Positions 25,358 through 39,174 of a stretch of DNA of 64,000 bases are shown in pieces. The stretch comes from Octopus sinensis (taxonomy: Eukaryota): contig NC_043007.1 of the NCBI RefSeq assembly GCF_006345805.1, positions 59,830,001 to 59,894,000 on the forward strand. Reading direction: 5' to 3'. The stretch's first letter is position 1; each line of letters begins with the position of its first letter. A program made the position numbers and the translations under genes. Below the pieces are notes generated by a model. It was not told where the DNA came from. It did no database searches and saw only the letters and a program-made list of their open reading frames with translations.

Positions 25358-25545
25358 CTGGACCGGACGACGCGTTTTGTTCTTGAGCAAAACATTTCAT
25401 TTTACGTTGCTCTAATCTACTCAGCTCACCGAAATGAGTGATTTTACGACACCTGGAAGGCGTCCTTTCCAGGTGGGGAATATACACAACACGAAAACCG
25501 GGAAACAGGAAACCGGCCTTAAGAGTCTATATGACTCGGTAAAGA
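25358..25545 (+). mobile_element. SINE family C fragment
   Basis: gttcttgagcaaaacatttcattttacgttgctct motif shared with 47893. Confidence 0.5.
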
Positions 25546-25567
25546 TCTTTATTTTTTTTTAAGATTG

Positions 25568-25775
25568 CAAGCTGGCAGAATCGTTAGCACGCCGGACGAA
25601 ATGCTTAGGGGCATTTCGTCCGTTTTCACATTCTCAGTTCAAATTCAGCTGAGGTTAGCTTTGCCGTTCAACCTTTCGGGCTCGACAAAATAACTACCAG
25701 TCAAAGACTAGGATCGATGTAATCGACTTAACTCTCCCCGCAAACTCCATGCCTTGCGCTAAAATTAGAAACCAA
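25568..25775 (+). mobile_element. SINE family B
   Basis: gcaagctggcagaatcgttagcacgccggacgaaatgcttag head plus family body. Confidence 0.75.
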
Positions 25776-26063
25776 TATTATCTCAATATTATTTCAAAAG
25801 TATTATTTGTATATGGAAGTTATTTTTCCATGATTGTCAAGTGCCATATTTATTGCTAGGTGAAAGAGAATCCTGTGATGCTTGTACATTTCCATATTTG
25901 TAAGGCTATCAAGGAAACAAATGAATGTAATCTGGGGCCTGGATATTGAAATTGGAACTTAGATCACTGAAATATTACCATCTTCAGTATTAAAATACAT
26001 GCACCTTCCCCTACATATACACGAGCCAACACTCATGCGCACACTTGTTCACAGGGACGCACG

Positions 26064-26136
<73 letters not shown>

Positions 26137-26596
26137 GAGTTCTGACAAACCTGTAAGTTACGTTTCACGCCCCTAAAAAGTAAAACATTCGATAAATACA
26201 TATCGATAAAATAAGTAAGACACAAGAATAAGTACCGACGTCCATATAATCGGCAAAGGTCTTTGAAGTTAGTGTCCCAGCATGGCTGCAGTTTAATGGT
26301 GGAAACAAGTGAGAGATACATACATATAATGCAGAGAAAATGTGCAGTAATCCCTCGACTATCGTGGGTGTTACTTTCCAAAACACACCACGATAGGTGA
26401 AAATCTGCGAAGTAGAGACAGTACTGAACTGTATGTATATATATATAATTTTTATAATTTGTACATATTTATTTTATTATAAATCTAAAACAACATCACA
26501 GAGGAATCGACGTAAGCTTAAATAATAAACCGCGATAGGTGAAACGCGATATGGCGAGGGATTGCTACATGTCTATGTGTGTACATACATACGTTC

Positions 26597-26655
<59 letters not shown>

Positions 26656-27019
26656 CACACACATACATGCATGCTTACATACAAAGAGGGAAAGAGAGAA
26701 GAGAGAGGAGGATGAAAGAGAGAAAGAAATAGGGAAATAGATATCGATGTAGACTTTGCTTAGATTTAACCTAATTTCTGAATTGTTCACCGTTTCACAG
26801 AGATCAATTGATCACAGCTCTTTGCTTTGAGGCTTTCCTTTCATCAAACACATAGAAACTTCATAGGGACAATGACGATAGCGATAATGATGAGTAGGAA
26901 AATCTGCTGATGATAGAATAAGCTGATAAAAAGAAGAAAAAGGATCTCCGTTGGTTACAACGAATATTGTTTTAGGTTTTCGATCAATTGTTCAGTGATT
27001 TATAATGTAAATGACTGAG

Positions 27020-27555
27020 TGGATCGGCGGTACATGACTGGTACATTATTCATCGGCCCCGAAAGGATAGAAATATTTAACCACAATGGGATTTGGACTC
27101 AAAGGGCAGAACGTAGGAAATGTTGTCCGACGGTCTAACGATTCGGCCGGCTTGCCATCCGAAGGTAGTAGATATGCTACAGCAATGATACATAATTGGT
27201 AATTCCACCAGTATATGTCTGATGCTAATGTTATCGATGAAGGGCTAAGATTATCTCATCAGGATTTAAATTAAGAGTACAAAATGCCGTAATTAAACTA
27301 CCACAACGAATTTAGTCCGGCGCCCCATCCACAACTATCAGTGATATAACGGTTTCAAAATTTGACACAAGACTAGCAATTTTGAGGGGATGGGAAAATC
27401 GACAACATGGACTCCAGTGCTCAACTAGTACTTATTTTATCGACTCCGAAAGGCAAAGTCGACCTCAGCAGAAATTGAACTCATAGCATAAGGACTGACG
27501 AAATGCTGCTAAGCATTTGGTCCGGCGTGCTAATGATTCTCCCTGCTCTCCACCT
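27020..27555 (-). mobile_element. Two SINE family B copies (about 27020-27160 degenerate; about 27345-27555)
   Basis: Family motifs on the reverse strand. Confidence 0.6.
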
Positions 27556-28654
27556 TTGTAACTATCAGTAATATAATCATTTCTAACAAAGACACAAGGT
27601 CACAAATGCTCGAGGAAGAGGACAGATCGCTTTAAGCAGTAGAAATGTACTCGTTTTAACTGACCCCAGGGAGACAAAAAGCAAAGATGACCTCATACGA
27701 GATTTGAACCCAGATTCAGAAGCGATTTAACTGAATACCCCGAGGCGTTTAGATTATTCCAATTATCGTTTCTTTAATCCACCAACCTTAATTATCAACA
27801 CTATAATGATTATTTTTGCTTTGAAAACATCCAATACACAGTAAAGAAGTAGGAAGCCCTCCCTGCTGTTTTTGCCCTATCATTACAACAGTCACATTGA
27901 ATAATTCAAAGGGGAATTGAAGCCGCATCTACAGTTCAGTAGAATTTCGATCCATTTCACAATGTTTACAATTAATAAATTGCGTGATTATTTTAGAATT
28001 ATATACAAGGTTCCAGATTAACAAAGGGGATGGATGGAAAATAGGATGTGATATTCACCCTTATCCCAGAGATTTTCTTTGTACAAACAAACAAAAATTT
28101 TTAAAAAAAAACGTTGTTCTTTCTTTTGGGAAACGAAACAGTATTGATCTTTGCCTTTCTATATTAGAAAAGACAAAGAACAAAGTTAAATAAAATCTGG
28201 ATTGTTGAGTTTCTGGGTCAGCACTTTGTGTACAGTTGGTTACACTAGTGCCATAGATCTTTTCTTTAATCTGAGTTAGTTGAGCTACCTTCCACCCACC
28301 TCCTCCATCACCATCTCTCCTTTGCGACTCCACCCTCGTCTCACCGCGGGAGTAGGATCGTAATTATCAGTATCATCATCGTCGTTATTCCCCTCCTCTT
28401 CCTCCTCTTTCTCCTTGTCACCATCATCATCGTCATCGTCATCATCATCATTGCTGTCATCATCATCGCCATCATCAGTAGCAGCAGTAACAGCAACAAT
28501 AATGAAAACAACAGCATTAACAATGATAAATAACATCCCAACCACCACCCCACCCCATCCATATCCTCGCCACTAATAATACCTGCCACTGAAAAGGGCG
28601 AAAGGAAGAAAAAGAAAGCCAAAAAATATCATAACGCTAATGAAAAGCAAATGA

Positions 28655-28681
28655 TGGGAAAGAAAGAAAGAAAGAAAGAAA

Positions 28682-28718
<37 letters not shown>

Positions 28719-28830
28719 AAAAAGAAGAAAGAAAGAAAGAAAAAAGAAAAAAGAAAGAAAGAAAGAAAGAGAAAAAAAAGAAAGAAAGAAAGAGAAAGGA
28801 AAGAAAGAAAGAAAGAAAGACAAAGAAAAT
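28655..28830. repeat. (AAAG)n microsatellite
   Basis: Direct reading. Confidence 0.95.
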
Positions 28831-29289
28831 GAATTAATTTTCCGTGCTTTGAGAGGAACAAAAGCAGTTGTTAATTGTAATCGTTAAAATATCACAATAG
28901 TCTGCCGGCATTGTTTCAGTTGAGGTAAACTAGAATAGCAATAGTTTAAGTGCAACCAGGCGTAAATGTTATATGGGGGAAAGCGATATATTGATCCGCT
29001 ATCTGTAGCAGAAAGATGATTCGATATAGTGCACCGATGATAAACACTAATGGCAGATACTTCGATATTCACTTGTAGAACGTTGCTCACCTATAACGAT
29101 GATGTAAATGGAACCGTTAGGATTTCGTTGTGTTCGAGGCAAATGATTAACTTCTATTTCACAGATGTTTGGACACTCGAGTCAACACACACACACACAA
29201 GAGAACAAACGATAGAAAAAGGCATTCAACTCATTTAGTAGGAGTTACATGTGTTATTTAAAACAGCATGGAACCGAATCAAACAGTTT

Positions 29290-29389
<100 letters not shown>

Positions 29390-29909
29390 TTAAAAAAAAA
29401 GGCTGGTTTAGTTGTTAGAGATGTTGTTGCTGTTCCAGGAACACTTTTGTATTGTCGCCGTAGAAAACTGCTTCCGTATAGTTTCAGCGAATTTATTGCT
29501 TTTCAAAATCTGTCGAAGAATAAACAATATTGAGATATAAAAATTACGTAATATATTATGAAAAGCAAAGGGAGCTAATTAATTTTGTATAAGATTGTAT
29601 ATTTATTTCAGAGATCTCTAAGCAAGTGATTTGATCTTAGACCGTGTATTGAAACTAAAACGACTACAGTGCAGACAAATAGCCTTTCAAAAACGCACAA
29701 AGACTGATAACAGTTTTTGTGTTTTTGAATGTCTGATATATGCCTTCTGCTATATAATTGCTATATATTTATTGGTTTTAAATTTAGTTTTCTTTTTCTT
29801 TACTTTTAAATACTTTAGTGTTAGATATTCTGAACGGAGTGAGTATTTAACAAAAATATCGCGATTTATCTTACTTGGTTCACACTGAGATACAGCGTAA
29901 TAAAAGTGT

Positions 29910-29984
<75 letters not shown>

Positions 29985-30387
29985 ATGATGTAGTGAGTAT
30001 GACAATAAATGTGTGAGGCAAATTAAGCTGCTCACCACAGAGCAAACAATTCAATTAATTGTATGATGTATGGATGTGTATTTAGTCTTGATCTCTCAGC
30101 GCTTGTTTAATCATCAACAGAGTACTAGGAAGACCATGTCGAGACATTAACTAGAAAGCAGATAGTGGTTCTAGCTATAAATCTGGCTATAAATATTTTT
30201 TTATCTTTCCAACAAAATCTTTATCGCAAACAGAAAGCAGACACCAGACGTTATTCGATCACTTAGCCAATCCAGATGGCCACCTCTATGGGAGATAGAA
30301 AAGTTATAAACTTGCATACAAACAAATATATATGGATAGTATTTTGTGTGGTGTGTGTGTGTGCGCGCGCGCGTGTGTGTGTGTATG

Positions 30388-30466
<79 letters not shown>

Positions 30467-30534
30467 TGAATGTATAGTATGTTCACATGCACGCATGTAT
30501 GTATGTTATGTAATATATGCAAGGTATGTCTGAA

Positions 30535-30750
30535 GGCGGCGAGCTGGCAGAATCGTTAGCACGCCGGGCAAAATACTTAGCGCCATTTCGTCCGTCTTTG
30601 CGTTCTGAGTTCAAATTTCGCCGAGGTCGACTTTGCCTTTCATCCTTTCAGGTTCAATAGAATAAGTACCAGTCGACTACTGAAGGACGATATAATCGAC
30701 TTGCTCCCTCCCCAAAAATTGTTGGCCTTATGCCAAAACTTGAAACCATT
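30535..30750 (+). mobile_element. SINE family B, well preserved
   Basis: ggcggcgagctggcagaatcgttagcacgccgggc...gttctgagttcaaatttcgccgaggtcgactttgcc. Confidence 0.85.
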
Positions 30751-31018
30751 GTATCTGAAAGGTATGTCTGTAAGATGTGTATATTTATATACGTACTCGT
30801 TAAAAACTGCTGCCGTCACTCGTAATTGAGGATGGCTTGGTAAAATATGCCATGTTTTCATTGATTCTTTTAGGTGCTCATTTAGTTGCAAGGAGATACA
30901 GACACCCTCTCATTTCCTTTTCCTGTAACCAAGCTGAACATCCGGAATGTAACAGCTGGAAGGAGAAAGAGCTTCAGCAATACACGTTGGGACACATTTC
31001 CAGCCGAATAAACTGGAA

Positions 31019-31198
31019 CAGGGGTTCTCAATCGGAGTCCATATGGACCCTGGAGGTCCATATAAAACTTTTGGGGAATCCACAGATGCAATATAGTAAA
31101 TTAGGGGTAAACGATAATTTTTCAGGACCAATGGAAAAAATTGTGCTTCAGATCAGTTAAGTTTACAGTACGTCTACAGTACACAAAACGCACACACG

Positions 31199-31264
<66 letters not shown>

Positions 31265-31561
31265 CATTTACACCAAATATTGACATCTCAAGGCCTAAAC
31301 ACCAGTTTCATAAATCACACAAACCTTTTTTGCTGTTTAGTTTGTGAGATTCTGATATGTGCGCACTGAGTGTGATATTTTCAAGCCATGTGTTACATTG
31401 CTAACGTCACCTTCTTTGATAACATTTTGGTAAATAAATATGTTGGTTGTATTTATTTTTTGTGTATTCACTGTATTGCATTAAACAAAATGGTTTTGCG
31501 GTCTGCGCTTGTCATTCTCTCAGTTATCTGGCCCGCCGAGAAAAATGTTTGGTGACCCTTG
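31019..31561. mobile_element. Possible hAT-type MITE ends
   Basis: Left caggggttctcaa and right ...aaaaatgtttggtgacccttg resemble hAT termini. They pair only partly and no 8-bp TSD is seen, so they may belong to two elements. Confidence 0.3.
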
Positions 31562-32318
31562 ATTTAACGGATAAACACGTAAGGGAACAAGCCAACAACG
31601 GAGCTGCTACGTGATCATTCGATATACTAAACTCTGAGCCAAATTTCCCTAAAATCACTCCTCGCTGCAGTTTTAAAAGCAGAAAACATAGAATGATGTT
31701 GTCTTAGACGTACAAAAACTCGGAATACTCATGACAAGATTGCTTATGTTCACTATTGCTGTGCTGAAATAGGACATGAGTTGGAGGAAAACAACACACA
31801 AGTCAATGTCTTTAAAAATGGCCGGTTCCATCCTATTTGCATGTAATTGCGTGAGTGATTTGAGTAGATATACTTCGTAATACACACATGAAGTTGTCAA
31901 TTAAGATTTGACTGAAAATATCTTTGTGTATGCTGACGAGAATACCGGCGTTTCAGTTAGTCTACATACTCACTTAAACACACTGACATACATTCAAACG
32001 TATCATATGTACATGTGTGTGTGTTCGTGTGTGTGTGTGTGTGTTTTTGTGAGAGAGAGGGAGAGAGAGAACAACCTTCTTTTTTTTTTATAAGAGAAGC
32101 TTTTACAAAAATAAGGTTTACTTCCAAAAATCAATTAAAAAACAAACTGTTTCTGCCATTTGATTTAGATATACTTGATCTGGAATAGAATCAAACGTGA
32201 GGCTTAATGAATGCTATGTAGCAATTTTGGGCGGACAAATGAAGCCATTCGCTTAATGCTTTCATTCAGCAATAAGGGAAATAAATATGATACTTTCTCC
32301 CATTCTTTTCTATATTAC

Positions 32319-32757
32319 TGTAGCGGGAATGTTCAGCAGTCAGATCACTTCATCCGATGTCACAATTCACTGGAGTATTACCCACGTGATCAACAAAATC
32401 TGACCAATCATGACGTCGCGTGGAATAGGCTCCAGCGACAATATCATATTTTGGCGCGTTTCCTTCTGAACCTAACTATCAGTATAAACTTGGTGCGCTT
32501 TGATTACTAGACAGAGAGCTTTGGGATGGAGCTGAGAGAGCATTGACAGACAACAGGGACGAGACGGCAGACGAACGACGAATAGATGCGGTCAGTTGCT
32601 GATAACAACCACAATGACCGATCGGCGACAGCAACACAACGACTAGCTGCTCACCTTTTGACTACTACCAAGAACAAAAACATTCAAACATTTGTGTACT
32701 AAAACAATAAAATCTTGTTTATCAAAAATCCAGAAAGATTTCCGTCTTTTCCCCACA
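32319..32757 (+). mobile_element. Solo LTR (439 bp)
   Basis: TGTAGCGG...CCCCACA termini, TTAC 4-bp TSD on both sides (32315-18, 32758-61), internal tataaa-like box and AATAAA near the 3' end. Confidence 0.75.
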
Positions 32758-33041
32758 TTACCGAGATGATGTTTTTAAACACAACAGGATCAAAGTTTCT
32801 TAATGTCTAAAATTGCTTCATACACCGTGCACGTGACATTCGTTGATATTGCACAGCGCAAGATTTTGAATTGTTAAAGCTATTCTTTGTAGAGAACGCC
32901 TCTCTGATGCAATTTGAACTTGAAAACATCTTTTATTCATTGATTAGAATCATTGAGCAGAATATTTAGCTATTCTGAGAATACTTCGAACCAGTGCAAT
33001 CAATTCTTCCTGCAGGGTATCTGATGAAAAAAGTGTTATAT

Positions 33042-33096
<55 letters not shown>

Positions 33097-33459
33097 AAGA
33101 AACCTACATCATCATGTTGTGCCTGACTTGCATAAGCTGAGCTGTTTTCTTGTTTTTCAATATTCAAAGTTTTAGTATCTTCCGTCTCTTTAAAGGACGA
33201 TCTTGTTTCTTGGCAAGCACTTCCATTCTTATTCAGATATACATTTGGTTAAAACTACGTTCGTTTCCAATCCAGTTAACGCCAGTGAAAGAAAATAACA
33301 TCATAAAACCACTTACATTTTTTGTTTCTTTCTGCCATCGGACATATCTTAATTTTCATTATTGATAGTGTTCGCTTCACGGTCAAATTTCTACCGAAAG
33401 AAAGACGAGTACGCACACACACGCACGTGCACGCACGCACGCGCACGCACGCGCACGCA

Positions 33460-33507
<48 letters not shown>

Positions 33508-33639
33508 CACACACGCGCACATACAAACGCATCTATGTATATATATATTAATATGTTTTAATTTTAGACGAATTTCATCTTGATCAAATCCGCACACATA
33601 TGTGTTGATAGTGGTTTGTCTGATCTGAATTTTTCCTTT

Positions 33640-33734
<95 letters not shown>

Positions 33735-36171
33735 GTGCGTGTCTGTGTGTAAGAGAGAAAGAGAGAGAGACACAGAGATAGTGGGATGGAGAAAATTCTC
33801 GAATTAGCCCAAGCTTTACGCATATCAGCAAACGTGCTGCGTACTCCTTTTAATGAAAATAGTTTTGTTCTTATCGAGCTGTGAGTGGCAGATTTGGTTT
33901 TTCGAAGCTGACGTAGCGAAACGACGCAAAAACGCATGCACCCTACGATCAAATGACCTCACTGATAGACGCCGCGTCCCCACGCCAAAAAAGGTTTTCC
34001 CCTCATGTTGAGGCAGAAAATTTTCTCCAGGGACTATTTCCGCAGCGAAATGTCTTACATGTTCGAATACACTCGAACGTGCTAATTGCAACTTTACATA
34101 TGTATATATGTATGCATGCATGTACGTATATGCATTTATACATTTGTACATGCATAATGCATACATACATAATACATACATACACACATGCATGCATGCA
34201 TACATGCATACTTACAGACAAACAGACAAACAGATACATGTGTACATGTATAAAAGTACGTAATGAAAAAGTAAAGCCAAAATTATACTTGAGCTAGTAA
34301 AATACACAGGACTGTGTGAACCAAAAATACAAATTTGTTGGGGAGAAATGAGAACTAAAAATAATTTTCGGCAATAATTTATACAATAAAGCAAGAAAAA
34401 CAATAAAAATTACACGGTACTGAATAAGAGGGTAAAATGGAGGAAAGACGATATATAGAAAAAATTGAGTCTTCATCAGATATTTACTAAACACTGTTTC
34501 GAACACCTGCTAGTGTAAATCAATATTTACTCACTCGGGATAAATGTTATAATAAAAGTGAACAGAATCCAAATGATCAAGGCAGACACATTTAAATAAA
34601 CGTTTATAAGCAAGTAAGATATAGTAAAAATAATAAGGGAATTGTGTTAATGACAAACTATATAAAGAGAAAGTATGCACGGATAAGGAAAAAAACCGAA
34701 GCCAAATATGAACTTATAAAATAAGCAGGGCAGAGAGAAAACAAAATATTAAAAAAGACATTTGTAGGGGAGAAAAATCGTTCGATGAGAATTTATGTGA
34801 AGTTACTTGAACGTTACATTATACAATCGAATTTGTAAGTCCCATTGGACAGTAACAGCTTATCTGCAGGTTTGCATGCTTGTTCTTTGTTATTAATAAA
34901 GTGGCAAGAGCGGTGGTTTGTCTTAATCATTAAAGCGCTGGACAAAATGCTGTCTGGTAATTAAATATGTCCCTTTACGTTCTGAGCTCTAAAGCCAAAA
35001 AAACTGACTTCATTCATAGTTTTGAAGTCGTTAAAATTAGAAGCGATTAACAACTGGGGTCGATATAATTTTATGTTGAATTGCATGACTAAAGTATTTT
35101 TGACTGAGTGCTTTTGTAAGAAATTGTTTATTACTAAAAACGATTTAAATACACACCAATATCACTTCATTCAGAAGATTAGACTAAGAAAGTCAAGAAA
35201 GGTTGATGAATTTAGGAAGTGAACCATTCCAAACAGACTGCAAGGAATTCAGGATCTTTATGGTTTTCGTCAGTTTACAATTACCTTTAAAAAATTTTTT
35301 AGTTAGAATTTTTTATGCTGAAGCCAAATTTGTTATTCATTGATTCCAGAAAAATTTTGCAAAAATGCTACAGGTGTTCGAAGTTTGATAATTTTCAGAA
35401 TTTTCAGCCAATCAGAAAATAACGCCTTCGCTGCTTCTTCCATTATCGGGGTGTGGGGGGAGGAGACATCGACATATCAAAACATTGCTAGAAATAACAG
35501 TCAAAACATTAAAATATACATGAATGAAGTTAACATTCGCGTGCAAATTAAATATTTAAAAGCTACAAACAAACAAAAATCCAACATAATTTGCTAGAAA
35601 TAAGTCAAAACATTGTTTAAAACAGTTTGAAAAATTCAAGAACGAAAGTTTGCAATACACTCTAGGATTTTATACATACACACAAACATTTACATACCTC
35701 CCTTCTACATACACACGCGTATACTCATACAGCGTTGAAACGCTCCCACTACCGGTTTGCCCTCACCCCTTCCTGTCTCATTCATATGTTGTGACGGAGA
35801 AAAACACAAGAGTATCTTTATCCTCATCTCCTCCTTGTGCGCATGCGCAGCATCTTTAGTTACTAGGGAAACAGAGTTTTTCGCTACGGTGATGTGTAAA
35901 ATACTCGCTTCTGATTAGCTAAAATACCCAAATTTTGAAAATTTTAAAGGCTAATAACTTTTTGAAAATATATTTATTGGGAAAATGAATTTCATTTTCA
36001 TAATTAGTATAAAAAACTTAATCCATATACCAAATTTGAAAACAATTAGAACAAAATTGTAAGCAGTGACGAAAACCATAAAGATCCGGAATTCATATTG
36101 AAATATAAACAGAAAACTTGGAAAAAAAGAAAACATTAAAAAGAGCATAGTTATAGTTCCAATATTCATCT

Positions 36172-36320
36172 AAAATCAGTGCTCAACTGGTACTTATTTT
36201 ATCGACTCTGAAAGGACGACAGGCAAATTCGACCCCAGCGGCTTTTAAACTCGGGACATAAAGACAGACTGCCGCTAAGCATTTTGTCTGTGTGTTAACA
36301 GTTCTGCCAGCGCGCCGCCT
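36172..36320 (-). mobile_element. SINE family B
   Basis: Family motifs on the reverse strand. Confidence 0.7.
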
Positions 36321-36336
36321 TAATAATAGACACACA

Positions 36337-36390
<54 letters not shown>

Positions 36391-36616
36391 TATAAAGAAA
36401 GAGATGATGTAGGTGTCTGAGAGAGGGAACGTTGTTAGACGTAGGAAGACGAATAGGTAGAGTGGTATAAGTATGTCAGACCAGCAGGAAATGAAGGATA
36501 GAAGATGTCATCAGCATAAGGTATACGACAGAATGTACTGCGGGACCATGGCAGCTGCGTATTTGATATCATGTGTTGATGTACTTTAGTGTGCGTTTGA
36601 ATGTGTGTGTGTTTTA

Positions 36617-36693
<77 letters not shown>

Positions 36694-36914
36694 TGTGTGT
36701 GTGTGTATGTGAAAGCAAACAACTACAACCACATGGTACTGCTTCCATTGCCCCCATTACCGATATTCATTTACTTTTTACTTTTTAAGCATATTTATCT
36801 TCAAGAAAATGTGGAATAGTTGAAAACATGTACAGGTGAATGTAGGAGGATAATGTAATTCAGAATAAATACGTAATACATCATCTTCCCTATCCCTTCT
36901 TTTCCTTTTTTCTT

Positions 36915-36987
<73 letters not shown>

Positions 36988-37801
36988 TTCCTCCTATTTC
37001 TTTTTCTCCTCATCATTGTATGTTCTGCTTATCTAGAGACACCATTATTATTTATATTTCGTCCAATTAGCCTGCATCGCCATAACAGATGGTGAAATGT
37101 AAAATTGGTGCAGTTTCATTTTACTGATTCCCTGTATTTACTTTCTAATAATTACAAACTATTTGAGTTTATGAATAATGTTTTCCTTTTTTTCTTTATT
37201 AATTTAAATCTCTGAATATGTAAGAGATACATGAGAGCAAGCAGAAACGTTTGTGCTTTTGATTTCCAAAGTAGGCGCACGCCTTAACTGTAACGAGAGT
37301 CAATTAAATCGACTGGCTGCTATTTATTTCCCCAATCTCGGAAGGAAAAATCGCTAAGTCGAACTCAAAATGCTATAAAGAATGTAACTAACGCTTTACT
37401 TGGAATAAAAACAAATCTGTCTTTAGTGTAACGAGTTGCTTTTCTAAAATAAACCCTCAAAAGCAAGAGATAAATACTTGATCTACTCCTTTTTTCATTT
37501 CAAGCTACTAGATTCAACTTACACTGATCTTGAAATTTTCTGCACTATTCTCAGTTTCAGTCTTATTGTAACTCTTAGATTTGGTTCTGTTTATTTAACA
37601 AGATAAGATGGTCGTGTCCTTTTGCAGGTATAGTCCTGTTAAAAATCCAACAGTAGCTAATTAAGTTAGTCAGTAAGTCACTCGGCAATGCGTGCCAGTA
37701 TTCTGGCTTAAGGATAACTGAAATCTATATAATATAGGAATATGTTGTTTTTAGAATCTTTTTCAGAAAATATATAAGTTTTTTTGTTTTTTTTTTACCA
37801 G

Positions 37802-37822
37802 ATCTTCAGTGACTTAACAGAG
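37802..37822 (+). other. Candidate 21-nt micro-exon
   Basis: Long T-tract-accAG|ATCTTCAGTGACTTAACAGAG|GTAAAA; open only in phase 0 (IFSDLTE). Splice signals only. Confidence 0.2.
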
Positions 37823-38071
37823 GTAAAACAAAGACCGAGTTAGATTTCGCTTTGGCAAAAATTTACAGCAGAACGACAGTATCTACAACTGAAAGACACA
37901 CCAAGAGTATTTTGAGGGAAAGAGTATAGTTTATGTCCAATAGATTATACATTTTTTTATAGTCTAAATAAGGGGGCGCCATCATCGAGGGACGAGCCAA
38001 TACTGTACAGTAGATCATTTTTTAAAGAGTCACATAGAAAGAACAGATTTTTGAAGTTTATTTTTATATAG

Positions 38072-38083
38072 GCGCAGCACCAG
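38072..38083 (+). other. Candidate 12-nt micro-exon
   Basis: tttatttttatatAG|GCGCAGCACCAG|GTAAGT. Splice signals only. Confidence 0.25.
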
Positions 38084-38319
38084 GTAAGTGTGACCGGATC
38101 AGAAAGTAAAGGTTCTACCCGGATGGCTGGGTGTCCGTCCTTCGACATGATCATTAATAATATTTTTAAACATTGTCTTCGTAAAACTCATTGTTTATAA
38201 TCTTATCCGTAATTTCATTCGAAAATTTTAACTGTGTTAAGCTACTTCACCCTTTATATTTGTCTGTCCTTGTTTGTCCCCTCTTTGTAAATGTCTAAAT
38301 GGCAAATCATATGAAATAA

Positions 38320-38469
38320 AGTAGCTTGCTTACCAACCACATGGTTCCGGGTTCAGTCCCACTGCGTGGCACCTTGGGCAAGTGTCTTCTACTATAACCT
38401 CGAGCCGACCAAAGCCTTGTGAGTGGATGTGGAAGACGGAAACTGAAAGAAGCCCGTCGTATATATATG

Positions 38470-38501
<32 letters not shown>

Positions 38502-38520
38502 CGTGTGTGTGTGTGTGTGT
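38320..38520 (+). mobile_element. SINE family A, 5' half
   Basis: Head and core motifs. Confidence 0.85.
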
Positions 38521-38686
38521 ACACGTGTATTTAAATATAAATATTTGTTTGACCTATGCACTGGTACCATAAATAGAGTCAATTTTTAACATTTCGTGGG
38601 TGATGATTCTCAACGATTTATTTCCAGAATCTGGTTGCACTCCCAACAGAGAAATGAACTGAATGAGTGCAGTGTAACAGCAGTAG

Positions 38687-38773
<87 letters not shown>

Positions 38774-38886
38774 TGTTTGTATATACGTTTTCTCTCTCTT
38801 TCTGTATTATATATATACACATACATATATATATATAATACAGAAAGAGAGAGAAAACGTATATATATATATGTATATGTGTGTAT

Positions 38887-39054
38887 GGAGGCGCAATGGC
38901 CCAGTGGTTAGGGCAGCGGACTTGCGGTCGGAGGATCGCGGTTTCGATTCCCAGACCGGGCGTTGTGTGTGTTTATTGAGCGAAAACACCTAAAAGCTCC
39001 ACGAGGCTCCGGCAGGGGATGGTGGTGATCCCTGCTGTACTCTTTCACCACTCT
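38887..39054 (+). mobile_element. tRNA(Arg)-like SINE, 5' part, fused to a family A 3' tail (39055-39105)
   Basis: A box tggcccagtgg, B box ggtttcgattccc; colinear with 50400-50700. Confidence 0.8.
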
Positions 39055-39103
39055 AAAAGGCGGTGCTCCAGCATGGCCGCAGTCAAATGACTGAAACAAG
39101 TAC

Positions 39104-39174
<71 letters not shown>

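Noticed and set aside
30870-31010. Possible + strand exon (LQGDTDTLSFPFPVTKLNIRNVTAGRRKSFSNTRWDTFPAE*)
   Set aside because: Weak acceptor, no recognisable domain, and sandwiched between repeats.
35290-36080. Faint inverted similarity suggesting an old MITE
   Set aside because: Too diverged and AT-rich to define termini by eye.
38887-38962. tRNA gene
   Set aside because: A and B boxes are present, but there is no acceptor-stem closure or terminator, and the sequence continues into a SINE body also seen at 50400-50700.
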